From: Aquiluna sp.
GTDB lineage: Bacteria > Actinomycetota > Actinomycetes > Actinomycetales > Microbacteriaceae
Reading direction: 5' to 3'
DNA length: 45,993 bases
NCBI GenBank assembly: GCA_036554355.1
Contig: DATBNK010000066.1
Location: forward strand, 1-45,993
Under the pieces are notes generated by a model. That model did not search any database and had not been told where the DNA came from. It was given only the letters and a program-made list of their open reading frames with translations. This document shows positions 1 to 10,265 of the stretch, in pieces. The position numbers and the translations under genes are program-made. Position 1 is the first letter of the stretch. Every line of letters begins with the position of its first letter.

Positions 1-32
1 CGGGAGCGCAGGTTCGAATCCTGCTGGGGGCG
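1..32 (+). tRNA. 3' fragment of a tRNA (anticodon outside window; resembles actinobacterial tRNA-Arg)
   Basis: T-arm GCAGG-TTCGAAT-CCTGC (8-24), acceptor 3' strand TGGGGGC (25-31), discriminator G32. No encoded CCA. Isotype cannot be read. Confidence 0.8.
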
Positions 33-33
33 C

Positions 34-609
34 TCACCTTTGTTTCAAAAAATCCGCCAATTGCTGCATCGCCAGCGCGCGGTGCGAAAACGAGGACTTG
101 ACCTCAGGCTCCAATTCCGCGGCGGAAACCTCAAAACCCTCCGGTATGAAAACCGGGTCATAACCAAAGCCCCCATCTCCGGTGAAACTTAGGGCAATTT
201 GGCCAGGCCAAATGCCCGTGAAGCTGGTCTCTGAATCCTCCTCCACCAGAGCTATAGTGCAAACAAATCCCGCCTTGCGATGCTCTTGAGGGATATCTTT
301 TAGCTGAGCCAGAAGCAATTCTCGGTTGGTCTCATCAGAGCGAGTGCCGGACCAGATAGCGGAGAAGATCCCCGGAGCTCCACCCATGATTTCTACCGAG
401 ATTCCAGAGTCATCTGCAAAAGCGGGCTTGTTGGTTGCCTCAAAGGCCGCCCTGGCTTTGATCAGCGCGTTCTCTAAAAAACTGCTGCCGGATTCAATCG
501 GCTCTGAGCCGTCGTGTGGCAACAGGGTTAGCTCTGGAATCCGGCTTCCCAGAATTAGCTGGGCCTCCTGGAGCTTGTGAGAGTTGCCGGTTGCAAAAAC
601 CAGTTCCAC
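34..609 (-). CDS. rdgB: dITP/XTP pyrophosphatase (Ham1/RdgB)
   Basis: ATGNSHK, ENALIKA, ADDSG, GFGYDPVF and SHR motifs; downstream of rph. Confidence 0.95.
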   Translation of the reverse strand: MELVFATGNSHKLQEAQLILGSRIPELTLLPHDGSEPIESGSSFLENALIKARAAFEATNKPAFADDSGISVEIMGGAPGIFSAIWSGTRSDETNRELLLAQLKDIPQEHRKAGFVCTIALVEEDSETSFTGIWPGQIALSFTGDGGFGYDPVFIPEGFEVSAAELEPEVKSSFSHRALAMQQLADFLKQR

Positions 610-1349
610 TACTTCAGCTCCAGAGTGCTGCCAAGGGTTTCAAGCTGCAGCTTTGATAGCTCAGCCGTGGAATCTAGCGCCAGCTCGAGGAGCTTATTTA
701 GTTCATCTCGATCAAAAGGCTCGGCCTCTGCCGTGCCCTGCACCTCAACGAATAATCCCCTGCCAGTGATTACCACGTTCATATCGGTGTCAGCTCTAAC
801 ATCCTCGACGTACTCGAGGTCACTCACTGCAACACCGTCGACAATCCCCACCGAAACTGCACTAACCGTGTCAATGATTGGTCTTGAAGATTTGGGGATG
901 TGGCCCTTTTGCTGGGCCCAAGAAATCGCATCGGCTAGGGCAACAAATGCCCCGGTGATTGCCGCAGTTCTGGTTCCACCATCTGCCTGGAGAACGTCGC
1001 AGTCAATAACAATAGTGTTTTCACCAAGCGCCTTGAAGTCAATAACGGCCCTCAGCGACCTGCCGATCAGCCTTGAGATTTCATGGGTTCGCCCGCCAAT
1101 TTTGCCTCTGACGCTCTCGCGATCAGAGCGGTCGTGAGTGGCCCTTGGCAACATTGCATACTCCGCTGTAACCCAGCCCTCGCCAGAATCTTTTTTGAAC
1201 CTTGGAACTCCGGGAGTGAAAGACGCGTTGCACAACACCTTCGTGTTACCAAAAGAGACCAGGCAAGAGCCTTCGGCGTGGATCGTGTAGCCGCGCTCAA
1301 AGCTAACTTTGCGCAGTTGGTCGTCAAGGCGGTCGTTTGGTCTTGTCAA
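609..1349 (-). CDS. rph: Ribonuclease PH
   Basis: [41 protein letters not shown] motifs. Confidence 0.97.
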   Translation of the reverse strand: MTRPNDRLDDQLRKVSFERGYTIHAEGSCLVSFGNTKVLCNASFTPGVPRFKKDSGEGWVTAEYAMLPRATHDRSDRESVRGKIGGRTHEISRLIGRSLRAVIDFKALGENTIVIDCDVLQADGGTRTAAITGAFVALADAISWAQQKGHIPKSSRPIIDTVSAVSVGIVDGVAVSDLEYVEDVRADTDMNVVITGRGLFVEVQGTAEAEPFDRDELNKLLELALDSTAELSKLQLETLGSTLELK

Positions 1350-2164
1350 GAAAGTGTCCTTCGTTCTAGGTGGTCAACATTTGCAACCTCGGGGCCCAAA
1401 AATCGCTTTGCCAGCTCTTCAAACTGACCCGCATCACCGGTGGCAGAGAATCTGTAGCTTGGCACATTCCCCGCTGGGGCTAGAAGATCATGCTTTGTCA
1501 AAACAGCAAAGACGTCGCTAGCAGTTTCATCTGCGGAGGAAACCAGGTTCACCCCATCCCCCATCACATACGCAAGCGCTGCCTGCAAGAGCGGATAGTG
1601 AGTGCAACCCAAAACCAAAGTGTCAATCCCCGCTCTCTTGAGCGGCTCAAGGTAGGTCTCGGCAGCGCTGAGCAGCTCTGGCCCAGAGGTCACGCCACGC
1701 TCAACAAAGTCAACAAACAAAGGCGCGGCGTTGGAGGTGATTTCAAAATCAACTGCAGCTGCGAAGGCGTCATCGTATGCCCTTGACGAAATGGTTGCCT
1801 CGGTGCCTATTACGCCAACCTTTTTGTTTCTGCTGGTGCCAACCGCTCTTCTAACCGCAGGTTGAATAACTTCGACAACTGGAACCCCGAGCTGTTTGGT
1901 GTAGCGCTCTCTGGCATCCCGCAACACCGCAGCAGAGGCCGAATTGCAAGCAATCACCAACATCTTTACGCCACTGGCAACTAGCTCATCCATCACCTCG
2001 AGGGCAAACTGGCGCACCTCCGAGATCGGCTTCGGGCCGTAGGGAGAGTTTTTGGTATCACCAACGTAGTGAATGGATTCGCTAGGCAACTGATCAATGA
2101 TTGCCCTCGCCACCGTGAGCCCACCGACCCCGGAGTCAAATATGCCAATTGGCCTTGTATCCAT
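1346..2164 (-). CDS. murI: Glutamate racemase
   Basis: [24 protein letters not shown]. Start moved to ATG 2164 (MDTRPIG), 7 nt after -10 TAGACT. Confidence 0.96.
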   Translation of the reverse strand: MDTRPIGIFDSGVGGLTVARAIIDQLPSESIHYVGDTKNSPYGPKPISEVRQFALEVMDELVASGVKMLVIACNSASAAVLRDARERYTKQLGVPVVEVIQPAVRRAVGTSRNKKVGVIGTEATISSRAYDDAFAAAVDFEITSNAAPLFVDFVERGVTSGPELLSAAETYLEPLKRAGIDTLVLGCTHYPLLQAALAYVMGDGVNLVSSADETASDVFAVLTKHDLLAPAGNVPSYRFSATGDAGQFEELAKRFLGPEVANVDHLERRTLS

Positions 2165-2207
2165 CTGGGCAAGTCTATGCCCGTGGATAGCTCGGTAGGC
2201 TGATTGG

Positions 2208-3479
2208 GTGTCCACCGCGCTACTAACTGATCGCTATGAACTGACCATGGTTCAGGCCGCCCTTAAATCGGGTAAGGCCGATGTCCCTTGCGTGTTTGAA
2301 ACCTTCGCCAGAAACCTGCCCTCAGGTCGGAGGTTTGGTGTCGTGGCGGGGGTTGGACGCCTTCTCGAATCGCTTCAAGAGTTCAAGTTTTCTAAATCAG
2401 AACTGGAGTTTTTGGCAGCAAATGACGTGGTCGATACTCAAACACTTGACTACCTGGCCGACTTTCGATTCAACGGCAATATTTCTGGCTATCAAGAGGG
2501 CGAGCTCTACTTTGGCCGCTCCCCAATCTTGACCGTGGAGGCAAGTTTTGCCGAGGGAGTATTGATTGAAACCCTGCTTCTTTCAATCATGAACTACGAC
2601 AGTGCGGTTGCCTCCGCGGCTGCTCGCATGAGATTCGCAGCCGGCGATAGGTATCTCGCCGAGATGGGTGCTCGCAGAGCAAACGAACACGCGGCCGTCG
2701 CGGCTGCCAGAGCCGCCTACATCGTTGGGTTCGATGCCACCAGCAACCTAGAAGCGCATCGCAGCTATGGCATCCCCTCGATGGGGACCAGTGCTCACTC
2801 CTTCACGCTGCTCTACGAGAGCGAGGAGGCAGCCTTCAAGGCGCAACTTGAGTCCATGGGCACTCAGACCACCCTTTTGGTTGACACCTACGACATTGAC
2901 AAAGCGGTCAGAAGCGCAGTTGAGCTCTCCGGTGGAAAGATCGCAGCCGTTCGACTTGACTCTGGAGATTTGGGTAGCACCGCAGTTCGAGTTCGAGCTT
3001 TGCTCGATGAGCTAGGAGCCAAAGACACCAAGATTGTTGTGACCAGTGATCTCGATGAATACACCATCGCTGCACTTCAGGCAGCACCGGTTGACAGCTA
3101 TGGGGTTGGCACATCTTTGGTGACGGGCTCGAATCACCCAACCGCAGGCTTTGTCTACAAACTCGTCTCTCACGCAACCGGTGAGGACTGGGTTTCTGTT
3201 GAGAAGCACTCGGAGAACAAGGCCACCAAGGGTGGCAGGAAAGTTGCCACCAGGGCCCTCAAATCTGGGATCGCTCAGGCCGAACTTGTTGGAACTAAGC
3301 AAGAAGGTCGTGAGTTGCAGAAACCAATCATGGAGTCAGGTAAACCCACACAGCATCTAACTCCGAGCGAATGGGTGCGCTCCGCCAGGGAGCACCACGC
3401 ACGAGTAATTGCCGAACTTCCAGAATCAGGCAGAAGGCTCTCGCAGGGCGAACCTGTGATACCAACCGTGTACAGCTAG
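2208..3479 (+). CDS. pncB: Nicotinate phosphoribosyltransferase
   Basis: [40 protein letters not shown] motifs. GTG start 6 nt after TAGGCT. Confidence 0.95.
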   Translation: MSTALLTDRYELTMVQAALKSGKADVPCVFETFARNLPSGRRFGVVAGVGRLLESLQEFKFSKSELEFLAANDVVDTQTLDYLADFRFNGNISGYQEGELYFGRSPILTVEASFAEGVLIETLLLSIMNYDSAVASAAARMRFAAGDRYLAEMGARRANEHAAVAAARAAYIVGFDATSNLEAHRSYGIPSMGTSAHSFTLLYESEEAAFKAQLESMGTQTTLLVDTYDIDKAVRSAVELSGGKIAAVRLDSGDLGSTAVRVRALLDELGAKDTKIVVTSDLDEYTIAALQAAPVDSYGVGTSLVTGSNHPTAGFVYKLVSHATGEDWVSVEKHSENKATKGGRKVATRALKSGIAQAELVGTKQEGRELQKPIMESGKPTQHLTPSEWVRSAREHHARVIAELPESGRRLSQGEPVIPTVYS

Positions 3480-3703
3480 CCCTTTTTTAGCTTTTCAAAG
3501 ACCTTTTTGCAGTCCGGGCAGACCGGGAACTTCTCCGGGTCTCTCGATGGCACCCAGACCTTGCCGCAGAGCGCCACAACCGCGCTTCCCATAACCGCAG
3601 ACTCAATAATGCGGTCCTTTTTTACATAGTGCGAGAAGCGCTCGTGGTCACCCTCATCTAGGACGACCTCTTCTTTATTGAGTAGGTCTGTGTCGTTTGC
3701 CAT
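3476..3703 (-). CDS. DUF3039 family small putative zinc-binding protein
   Basis: GDHERFSHYV...ALCGKVWVPSRDP...CPDC; SD AGGAG upstream. Confidence 0.88.
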   Translation of the reverse strand: MANDTDLLNKEEVVLDEGDHERFSHYVKKDRIIESAVMGSAVVALCGKVWVPSRDPEKFPVCPDCKKVFEKLKKG

Positions 3704-3708
3704 GACTC

Positions 3709-4911
3709 CTAGCCTAGATCTGAAGCGTCACCCAGGGTGAGATCAAAGCCAATCTTGTTTGTGCCTCTAAGCACTTCAATGCGAACCTCGGCACCTGCTG
3801 CCTCAGCCCTCACCAGGGCGGTGAGATCTGCCGAGCTGTTGACCCGCTGGCCTTGGAAGCTGATCACCACATCACCCGAACGAATACCCGCAATCTCGGC
3901 TGCTCCCTGCTCGGTTACTCGCTCAACAAAAGCTCCGGTTGAGAAGGAGGAGTTCTCTTGGGTGTTGTCTCGAACCAGTGCGCCAAGCAGTCCGTGGGTG
4001 GCATAGCCCAGTTCAATAATCTCGGTGGCAATCCGGTTAGCAGTGTTGGAAGGAATCGCAAAACCCACTCCGATGCTGCCAGCCTCGCCGTTACCGGCGG
4101 TAGCAATTGCAACGTTGATGCCAACCAGTTCACCAAATTCATTTACCAGCGCACCGCCCGAGTTACCCGGGTTGATCGCGGCATCGGTCTGAATCACCTG
4201 AATGGATATCGGAGCAGCACCAGATCCAGTCCAGAATTGCAGTCCATTACTGTCTTCGGTTACCTCGGAGCTAGCAACCTGAATCGTGCGGTTAAGCGCC
4301 GAGACAATGCCCTCGGTGACGGTTGAAGTCAGACCCAGAGGAGCTCCAATAGCAACAACATTTTCACCAACATTTAGATTTGCCGAATCGGCAAACTTGA
4401 TGGTCTTGAGCCCCTCCATCTCGATCTTGATCACTGCAAGGTCGTAGACACTGTCAAAGCCAACAAGTTCAGCCGGCACAACCAGCCCATCCCATAACCG
4501 GACGCTAACATCCGCGGTTTCGGTCCTGCCACCAAGAGTCACAACGTGAGCATTGGTAAGGATGTAGCCATCCTCGGTCAAGAGAACACCGGATCCTGAA
4601 CCGGAACCGTTAGAAGAGACAACAGAGAGTGTGACCACGGCCGGCGACGCCTCTGCCGCTGCGCCGGTGACCCAGTTGACGCTCTGGGAGTTATTGACTA
4701 CAACCGGCGCTGGTTGTGCGAAGTTTAGATATGAAAGCGTGAAGGAGCTGGAACCTACAATTCCACCCACCAATGCAGCGCTCATTGCCAAGGCTGCGAT
4801 CGCCAGCGGACGGAAAGGCTTGCGCTTTTTTGGCTCCGGTGCAACTGGTGGTGGAGTGTATGGAGAATTGAAGTTGAACTGGCTCGTTCCAGAGCGGTTC
4901 CATTCATTCAT
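3709..4911 (-). CDS. HtrA/PepD-like membrane-anchored serine protease with PDZ domain
   Basis: One TM helix; triad TNAHV / DLAVI / GNSGG; IQTDAAINPG; C-terminal PDZ; SD GAAAGG at 4920-4925. Confidence 0.93.
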   Translation of the reverse strand: MNEWNRSGTSQFNFNSPYTPPPVAPEPKKRKPFRPLAIAALAMSAALVGGIVGSSSFTLSYLNFAQPAPVVVNNSQSVNWVTGAAAEASPAVVTLSVVSSNGSGSGSGVLLTEDGYILTNAHVVTLGGRTETADVSVRLWDGLVVPAELVGFDSVYDLAVIKIEMEGLKTIKFADSANLNVGENVVAIGAPLGLTSTVTEGIVSALNRTIQVASSEVTEDSNGLQFWTGSGAAPISIQVIQTDAAINPGNSGGALVNEFGELVGINVAIATAGNGEAGSIGVGFAIPSNTANRIATEIIELGYATHGLLGALVRDNTQENSSFSTGAFVERVTEQGAAEIAGIRSGDVVISFQGQRVNSSADLTALVRAEAAGAEVRIEVLRGTNKIGFDLTLGDASDLG

Positions 4912-4937
4912 CAGTAATACCTTTCGTCGCTCAGACG

Positions 4938-4992
4938 ATTATGTCCAACAAAGCTGGAAGCACAATGAATCCTTGCTGAACGTATTCTGATT
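4938..4992 (-). promoter_or_regulatory. htrA promoter with four 11-bp-phased hexamers (OmpR/MprA-type box) and -10 CATAAT
   Basis: Minus strand reads AATCAG-N5-GTTCAG-N5-ATTCAT-N5-TTCCAG (4992-4954), then CATAAT (4943-4938). Confidence 0.55.
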
Positions 4993-5698
4993 AGTCTCTC
5001 AGTAAAGTGCGGCGCGGTGGATCAATCACCTCAAGCGACAGACTGTTGGTTCCCAGGCTTGCACTTGACGCTCCTATCACCCAACCCTGGCCGGGATAGC
5101 GGTAGTCGATTCGATAACTGACCTGCGCTCGCGCAGTGACCACCTGCGGATTCGAGAACGCCACGCTCACAAAGCGGCCTGACCTGGATTGGCCATCTGA
5201 AAAACTCCAGCTCACACCCGTGGCGATAAACCTGATCTCTGCCGCAGATCCAAATAGCGTGCCGCCGTGAGTGCCACCACCAACATTCACCCCAAAATTC
5301 ACCGGCTCCGTAATCTCAACCTGTCGGTTCGGGCTCAGGTATGCAAAAGGAGCCGTTGCATAGGCGGTGAAGGCGTCTTTGACCTGCTCGGCAATCGTGC
5401 GGACAACCGGCTCATATTCCACCGGAGGCGGATCACCGATACACGACCTCGATCCCACCTCAACCCATGCAGTAATCGTTGAAATGGTTGGAACATCGAT
5501 GGTTCCGTTTACGTAATAGGAACACAGCCTTTTGGGTTTTGGGGCTTGTGGTCCTTGAGAAACCTGCTTGTTGGTTTCACGCTCGGAGCAAATGGTGTAG
5601 CCGGCGCCTTGAACAATCGGACACTCGGTCGAGCAAACCCCGAGCGCAGCCCCCGTCGCACTGCAGCTGGCAGCCAAGATTGCCATTTCCACTAACAC
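4991..5698 (-). CDS. Hypothetical secreted protein, Cys-rich N-terminus, C-terminal PKD/Ig-like domain
   Basis: 235 aa; six Cys in the first ~90 aa; beta-rich C-terminus with EPVNF...TLFG...IRF...WSFSDG...YRY..GW; start overlaps the upstream stop by 7 nt. Confidence 0.75.
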   Translation of the reverse strand: MLVEMAILAASCSATGAALGVCSTECPIVQGAGYTICSERETNKQVSQGPQAPKPKRLCSYYVNGTIDVPTISTITAWVEVGSRSCIGDPPPVEYEPVVRTIAEQVKDAFTAYATAPFAYLSPNRQVEITEPVNFGVNVGGGTHGGTLFGSAAEIRFIATGVSWSFSDGQSRSGRFVSVAFSNPQVVTARAQVSYRIDYRYPGQGWVIGASSASLGTNSLSLEVIDPPRRTLLRD

Positions 5699-6084
5699 GG
5701 TGACCCCAGAAGATTTAGATCGGCCACTTTCTGGTCAACCACATAGATTTCAACTAACTGGCGCTCGATTCGCTCTAGCTCAATCGGGTTTCCCGAGCTG
5801 GTTCGAAACGAAGTTTGCGATACATCAAGGCAGCTTTGAAATTCTTGCGGGCCTAGTTGCCTGGTCTGAGAAAACGAACTGGCGCCGAAGCTTGTGAGCC
5901 CCAGCTCAGCAATCAGATCTTTGGATTGCTGAGCGCTATCGAGCGCGGCTCCGGAGAGATACGCCTCTAAATCGGACTGGTTGGAGGCCGCCAAAGCGTA
6001 GTCGTTTAGGACCCTCTCAACTGCAGCCGTATTGCTGCCACAGCCCGTGGTGAAGAGTAAAAGAATCAGTAGTAAATATCGCAT
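5692..6084 (-). CDS. Hypothetical lipoprotein
   Basis: Signal peptide with lipobox MRYLLLILLLFTTG|C; internal CLDVS and C-terminal Cys; ATG 6 nt after -10 TAGTTT. Confidence 0.8.
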   Translation of the reverse strand: MRYLLLILLLFTTGCGSNTAAVERVLNDYALAASNQSDLEAYLSGAALDSAQQSKDLIAELGLTSFGASSFSQTRQLGPQEFQSCLDVSQTSFRTSSGNPIELERIERQLVEIYVVDQKVADLNLLGSPC

Positions 6085-6090
6085 TGCAGC

Positions 6091-6132
6091 AAACTAGCGA
6101 GAATTGCGATTTCTTGAATTTAGTTATCCACA
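6091..6132 (-). promoter_or_regulatory. Leaderless promoter with perfect DnaA-box sequence (TTATCCACA, 6124-6132)
   Basis: Minus strand TGTGGATAACTAAA-N22-TAGTTT-N6-ATG; same geometry as 11634-11684. Confidence 0.65.
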
Positions 6133-6135
6133 AGT

Positions 6136-6167
6136 AAAAACCCCTCCCAGCAAAAAGCTGGGAGGGG
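6136..6167 (-). terminator. Intrinsic terminator of tRNA-fMet
   Basis: Perfect 11-bp stem CCCCTCCCAGC/GCTGGGAGGGG, 5-nt loop, followed by T5 on the minus strand. Confidence 0.9.
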
Positions 6168-6170
6168 AAT

Positions 6171-6247
6171 TGGTTGCGGGGGCAGGATTTGAACCTACGA
6201 CCTCCGGGTTATGAGCCCGGCGAGCTACCGAACTGCTCCACCCCGCG
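6171..6247 (-). tRNA. tRNA-fMet (initiator, CAT)
   Basis: CGCGGGGTGGAGCAGTTCGGTAGCTCGCCGGGCTCATAACCCGG...GGTTCAAATCC...CCCGCAACCA; C1:A72 mismatch, GGG/CCC in anticodon stem, encoded CCA. Confidence 0.97.
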
Positions 6248-6280
6248 GCGAAGTCCCAACTCTAGCAGGTTCCCTGGGGG

Positions 6281-9142
6281 TTAGTCCAGCGCGTCTAGAG
6301 CATCCTGAATTGCCCGAGCTAGCCTCTCGTCGGCCTCACCGAAGGCATCCCAGTCACCGGCGCGAAGCGCGGCTTCTTTGTCCTGCAAAGCTTGACCGGC
6401 TGCGTTCAAAGCCTGATCCAGCGCTACGTTGCCAGAGTCCGCATCTTGAGATTGACCCGGCTCGGTAACAAGTTCACCATCACCCGTAACGGCACCGGAG
6501 TCACCACCAAATAGTGAGTCGAGTGCTTCTTCCAGGGTGTCCTCGAAGGCGATTTGGTCACCGAAGGCAACCAGAATCTTCTGCAGCAGCGGATAGCTGG
6601 TTTCACCAGTGGACTCGATATAAACGGGCTGAACGTAGAGGAAACCTCCACCAACCGGCAGTGTGAGCAAGTTACCGTTTAGGACCCTTGTTGAACCCTG
6701 ACGCAAAATGTTCAAGAGCGAGGAAACATCGCTGTCGGCATTGAAGTTGTTCTGCACCTGACCAGGACCTGGCACAACGGTCTCCCTCGGCAGGTTCAAA
6801 AGCGTGAGCTTGCCAAAGTCCTCTGCAACTACTCCGGCTTCTCTTCCAGCATCGGCATTTGCAATCAGGTATCCAGTCAACACGTTTCTCGTGGTTTCTC
6901 CGGTGGATTGTGGAATGAAGGTCGAGTAGAGCGAGAATGCGCTCTCGGTGTCACCCGGTGCCTGCATGGTCAAGTAGTAAGGAGGCTGCAAGGTGCCCAG
7001 GCCGGTTCCACCGACTGGGTCATTTGGTGTCATCCACGCATCCTGCTGTGAGTAGAAGGCTCCGGCTTCGGTCACGTGGTAGCGACCAAGCACTGAGCGC
7101 TGCATCTTGAACAGGTCACTTGGGTACCTGATGTGAGACATCAGCTCGCCTGAGATTGCGGACTTGGGCTGAATGGTGTCAGGGAAGATCTTCATCCAGG
7201 CATTCAGAATCGGGTCTTCTTCATCCCACTGGTAAAGCTCCACCTTGCCGTCATAGGCATCAACGGTGGCCTTGACAGAGTTCTTGATGTAGTTAATCTC
7301 TCCGGTTTCACGGTTGAAGGTCTCCGAGGAGGTGTCTAGCACCGCCAGGTTGAAAGCCTCTAGGTTCGAGTATGGGTAGTTCGTGCTGGTGGTGTAACCA
7401 TCAACCATCCACTTGATTCGGCCATCAACCACAGCTGGATAGATCTCGGAGTCCACCGTGAGGAATGGTGCCACCTCTGCGATGCGCTCCGCAGGGGTGC
7501 GGTTATACAAAATCTGAGAATCGGCATTGATGGCATCAGAGAGCAAGATCTGCTCGCTCTGGAACTTCAGCGCGTAAGCAATCCGGTTGAAAATGTTGCC
7601 CACTGATGGACCACCATCTCCAGAGAATGTGGTGTAGGTCTCGCGCTCGCCATCCTCGCCAGCAGGGAAGTCAAACTCGAGGGGCTCTGAGCCCTCTGGC
7701 GCTCCAACGATTGAGTACTCAGGTGAGTTGGCCCCGAAGTAAACCCGAGGCTCAAAGTCTCCTAGTTCACCAACCGATGGAATACCGGACTGCAAGAACA
7801 CTGGCTTTCCATCGCTATCACGCTTGTTGCCGTATGCAGCAGCGATTCCAAAACCGTGGGTGAAGACAATTGTGGAGTTGTACCAAGACTGGGACTCTCC
7901 AAGGCCCGCTTGGTTTAGCTCGCGAACCGCAATAACGGTGTCTTGAACTTCACCATCAATCTCGTAGCGACCAACGTGCAAGCGGTTTGGGAAGCTGTAG
8001 TACTGGCGGTACTGCTCAAGCTGACGGAACGCGTCGGAAACCAAAGCGGGGTCCAAAATACGAATCGAAGCAGTCGTCTTGGCGTCGTTGCGCAAGGCCC
8101 CAGCTTCTGCAACGATCGTCGCGTCATAATCGACGACCTCAACGTCCTCCAGGTCATATGCGGCCCTGGTGGCCTCAATGTTTCTTTGCAAGAACGGTGC
8201 TTCCAGGGTTCGCTCGTTTGGAACCACCTGGAAGGTTTGAACGATCCATGGGTAGAGCCCGCCAAGGACCAGCGAGCTGACAACCATGAGTGCAGTGGCG
8301 ATGATGGAGATTCTCCACTGGCCGATAAATGCGGTCACCAAGAAGGCCGCAGCAACAGCTATTGAGATCAAGGCCAAGATCTGTAATCCAGGGATCACTG
8401 CATTGGCATCGGTGTAGTTAACTCCGGTGAAAAGGGCTCCGGAGGTGACTGCGGTGGAGTACTGATCAAGCCACAGGCTCACACCTTGAATGATCAAATA
8501 GACAGCGACGAAAATGGCCAGCTGAATTCGAGCGGGCTTAGAAACCTTCACATCCCTGCCGGTAACACGGATTCCGCCATAGATGAAGTGAACTGCGGCG
8601 TTGATCAGAGCCGCAAGCAAAATCGCACCTGAAATGTAGCCGGTGGCAAAAACAAAGAAGGGAAGGTCAAATACGAAGAAGCCGGCGTCTAAACCGAAGT
8701 GTGCGTCGGTGGTTCCAAACTCACCGCCATTTAGCCATAGCAGCGCGGTTTGCCACTCTCGAGATGCAACCAAGCCGCCAAAAAGACCCAGCACGGCGGG
8801 GGTTCCAAACATCACTACCTTGCGCAGGCTCTCGAGCAACTGCTGGTAGGCGGCAAACGGGGATTCTTCCGTCATTTGAATGTAGATAGGACGCGTTTTC
8901 CAAGCCAGCGTGAGACCAACGGCAACGATGATTGCCATGATGGTGAAGCCGATCAAAAATGCAACCAGCTGAGCGATGATCTCAGTGAAAAAGACCACCT
9001 CAAAGCCCAGGTTGTCGAACCAAAGCCAGTCGGTGTAGATGCCGGCTGCGCTGAACAGAATGAAGACAATCGCACCCAAAATACCCAGGGCGATTGAGAG
9101 TGGTGAAACCCTCCTGTTTGCTGTTGCTGCTGGCTGTGTCAC
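6281..9142 (-). CDS. UPF0182 family membrane protein
   Basis: 953 aa; YTDWLWF, several N-terminal TMs, RNIEATRAAY, FTHGFG, NYIKNSVKATVDAYDG; usual position next to tRNA-Met; SD AGGAG. Confidence 0.93.
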   Translation of the reverse strand: MTQPAATANRRVSPLSIALGILGAIVFILFSAAGIYTDWLWFDNLGFEVVFFTEIIAQLVAFLIGFTIMAIIVAVGLTLAWKTRPIYIQMTEESPFAAYQQLLESLRKVVMFGTPAVLGLFGGLVASREWQTALLWLNGGEFGTTDAHFGLDAGFFVFDLPFFVFATGYISGAILLAALINAAVHFIYGGIRVTGRDVKVSKPARIQLAIFVAVYLIIQGVSLWLDQYSTAVTSGALFTGVNYTDANAVIPGLQILALISIAVAAAFLVTAFIGQWRISIIATALMVVSSLVLGGLYPWIVQTFQVVPNERTLEAPFLQRNIEATRAAYDLEDVEVVDYDATIVAEAGALRNDAKTTASIRILDPALVSDAFRQLEQYRQYYSFPNRLHVGRYEIDGEVQDTVIAVRELNQAGLGESQSWYNSTIVFTHGFGIAAAYGNKRDSDGKPVFLQSGIPSVGELGDFEPRVYFGANSPEYSIVGAPEGSEPLEFDFPAGEDGERETYTTFSGDGGPSVGNIFNRIAYALKFQSEQILLSDAINADSQILYNRTPAERIAEVAPFLTVDSEIYPAVVDGRIKWMVDGYTTSTNYPYSNLEAFNLAVLDTSSETFNRETGEINYIKNSVKATVDAYDGKVELYQWDEEDPILNAWMKIFPDTIQPKSAISGELMSHIRYPSDLFKMQRSVLGRYHVTEAGAFYSQQDAWMTPNDPVGGTGLGTLQPPYYLTMQAPGDTESAFSLYSTFIPQSTGETTRNVLTGYLIANADAGREAGVVAEDFGKLTLLNLPRETVVPGPGQVQNNFNADSDVSSLLNILRQGSTRVLNGNLLTLPVGGGFLYVQPVYIESTGETSYPLLQKILVAFGDQIAFEDTLEEALDSLFGGDSGAVTGDGELVTEPGQSQDADSGNVALDQALNAAGQALQDKEAALRAGDWDAFGEADERLARAIQDALDALD

Positions 9143-9152
9143 GTGCTATCTC

Positions 9153-10220
9153 CTAGTTGGTGCATCCGAGTGCTGGAAGAGATTGGCCATTGGCCAATCT
9201 CTCCACCGCGCTTTTTGCTTCTGACAAGTCTCTCACGGCTACGACACTGAGGCCAGCCGGTATGGCCCCGACAACCTCATCGCAGTTCCCAATTGGAGCT
9301 AAAAATAAAGTTGCCCCAGCTTCGCGCGCCGCGATCATTTTTAGATCAATACCGCCAATAGGGCCGACCTCACCGTTCGGTGAAATGGTTCCGGTTCCAG
9401 CGACATGGTTGTTCCCGGCTAGTGAACCCGGGGTAAGTGCATCGATAATGCCAAGGCTGAAGATGAGCCCGCCACTAGGGCCACCGACGTCCCCCAACTG
9501 CAAATTGACATTCGCAGGAAACTCATAGGTATATCCGATCATTGCCCCGATTACGTAGGCGTCATTTCTGAATTCCGGAGTGATATCAAGGTCAAGCATT
9601 TCCCCGTCGCGCATCACGACTATGGACATTGCCTCGCCCATGCTCAGCTGAATCTGAGATCTAAGCTCGTCGAAAGTGGTGACCGGCTCGCCCCCAGCCT
9701 CGAAGACAAAGTCACCAGCAATCAAAAGCCTTGAAGCTGGTGTGTCTTCCAAGACCGATGAGATGTATAAGTTTCGTGGGACCTCATAACCCATGTCCTT
9801 CAGTGCAACCGCTATCGCGTCCTGCTGAGAGATCTCCATTTGGGCAGTGGATTCGGCTCTGACCTCAGCGGTACTCAAATTCGGTGGGTACACCTCATCG
9901 AGCGGCAACACAATCTGATCTGGGTCAACCCAAGCGACTAGAACCTGCACCCAGTTTGGGGTTGCTTCTCGATTACCCAGCAGGGAAACAGTGGTGATGT
10001 CGAATCGAGATTCAGATGGGAAGACCTCTAGGTCGGAACTGGAGATAACTGGGCTGTCGTTGATCTCGCCCATAACGTTAAAGACCTGGCCCGGTCTTTC
10101 GATAACGAAGCCAGTTGGTAGCAAGAACACCCCACCGAGCGCAATCAAAAACAAGCTGAGCGTTGCCCAGCCTGCCAGTGAGCGTCTCGCTCGCTTGTTT
10201 TGGCCAGTGAAGAAAGTCAT
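9153..10220 (-). CDS. PDZ + Lon-type (S16) protease domain protein (YlbL/Rv3194c-like)
   Basis: N-terminal TM, PDZ, GGPSGGL (Ser) and GPIGGIDLKM (Lys) dyad. Confidence 0.9.
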   Translation of the reverse strand: MTFFTGQNKRARRSLAGWATLSLFLIALGGVFLLPTGFVIERPGQVFNVMGEINDSPVISSSDLEVFPSESRFDITTVSLLGNREATPNWVQVLVAWVDPDQIVLPLDEVYPPNLSTAEVRAESTAQMEISQQDAIAVALKDMGYEVPRNLYISSVLEDTPASRLLIAGDFVFEAGGEPVTTFDELRSQIQLSMGEAMSIVVMRDGEMLDLDITPEFRNDAYVIGAMIGYTYEFPANVNLQLGDVGGPSGGLIFSLGIIDALTPGSLAGNNHVAGTGTISPNGEVGPIGGIDLKMIAAREAGATLFLAPIGNCDEVVGAIPAGLSVVAVRDLSEAKSAVERLANGQSLPALGCTN

Positions 10221-10265
10221 TTGGATAATGCTAGATTGCCCCCGCCAATACCTGCTGAGCGAAAC

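Noticed and set aside
2182-2192. CGTGGATAGCT, a third possible copy of the DnaA-like motif, upstream of pncB
   Set aside because: Two mismatches and only 26 nt from the start codon rather than 48.
6124-6132. DnaA box as evidence of oriC
   Set aside because: Single box, no cluster or AT-rich unwinding element, and no dnaA/dnaN nearby; better explained as a promoter site.
4991-6247. Genomic island integrated at tRNA-fMet
   Set aside because: No integrase, no duplicated tRNA 3' end seen, and the tRNA terminator is intact.
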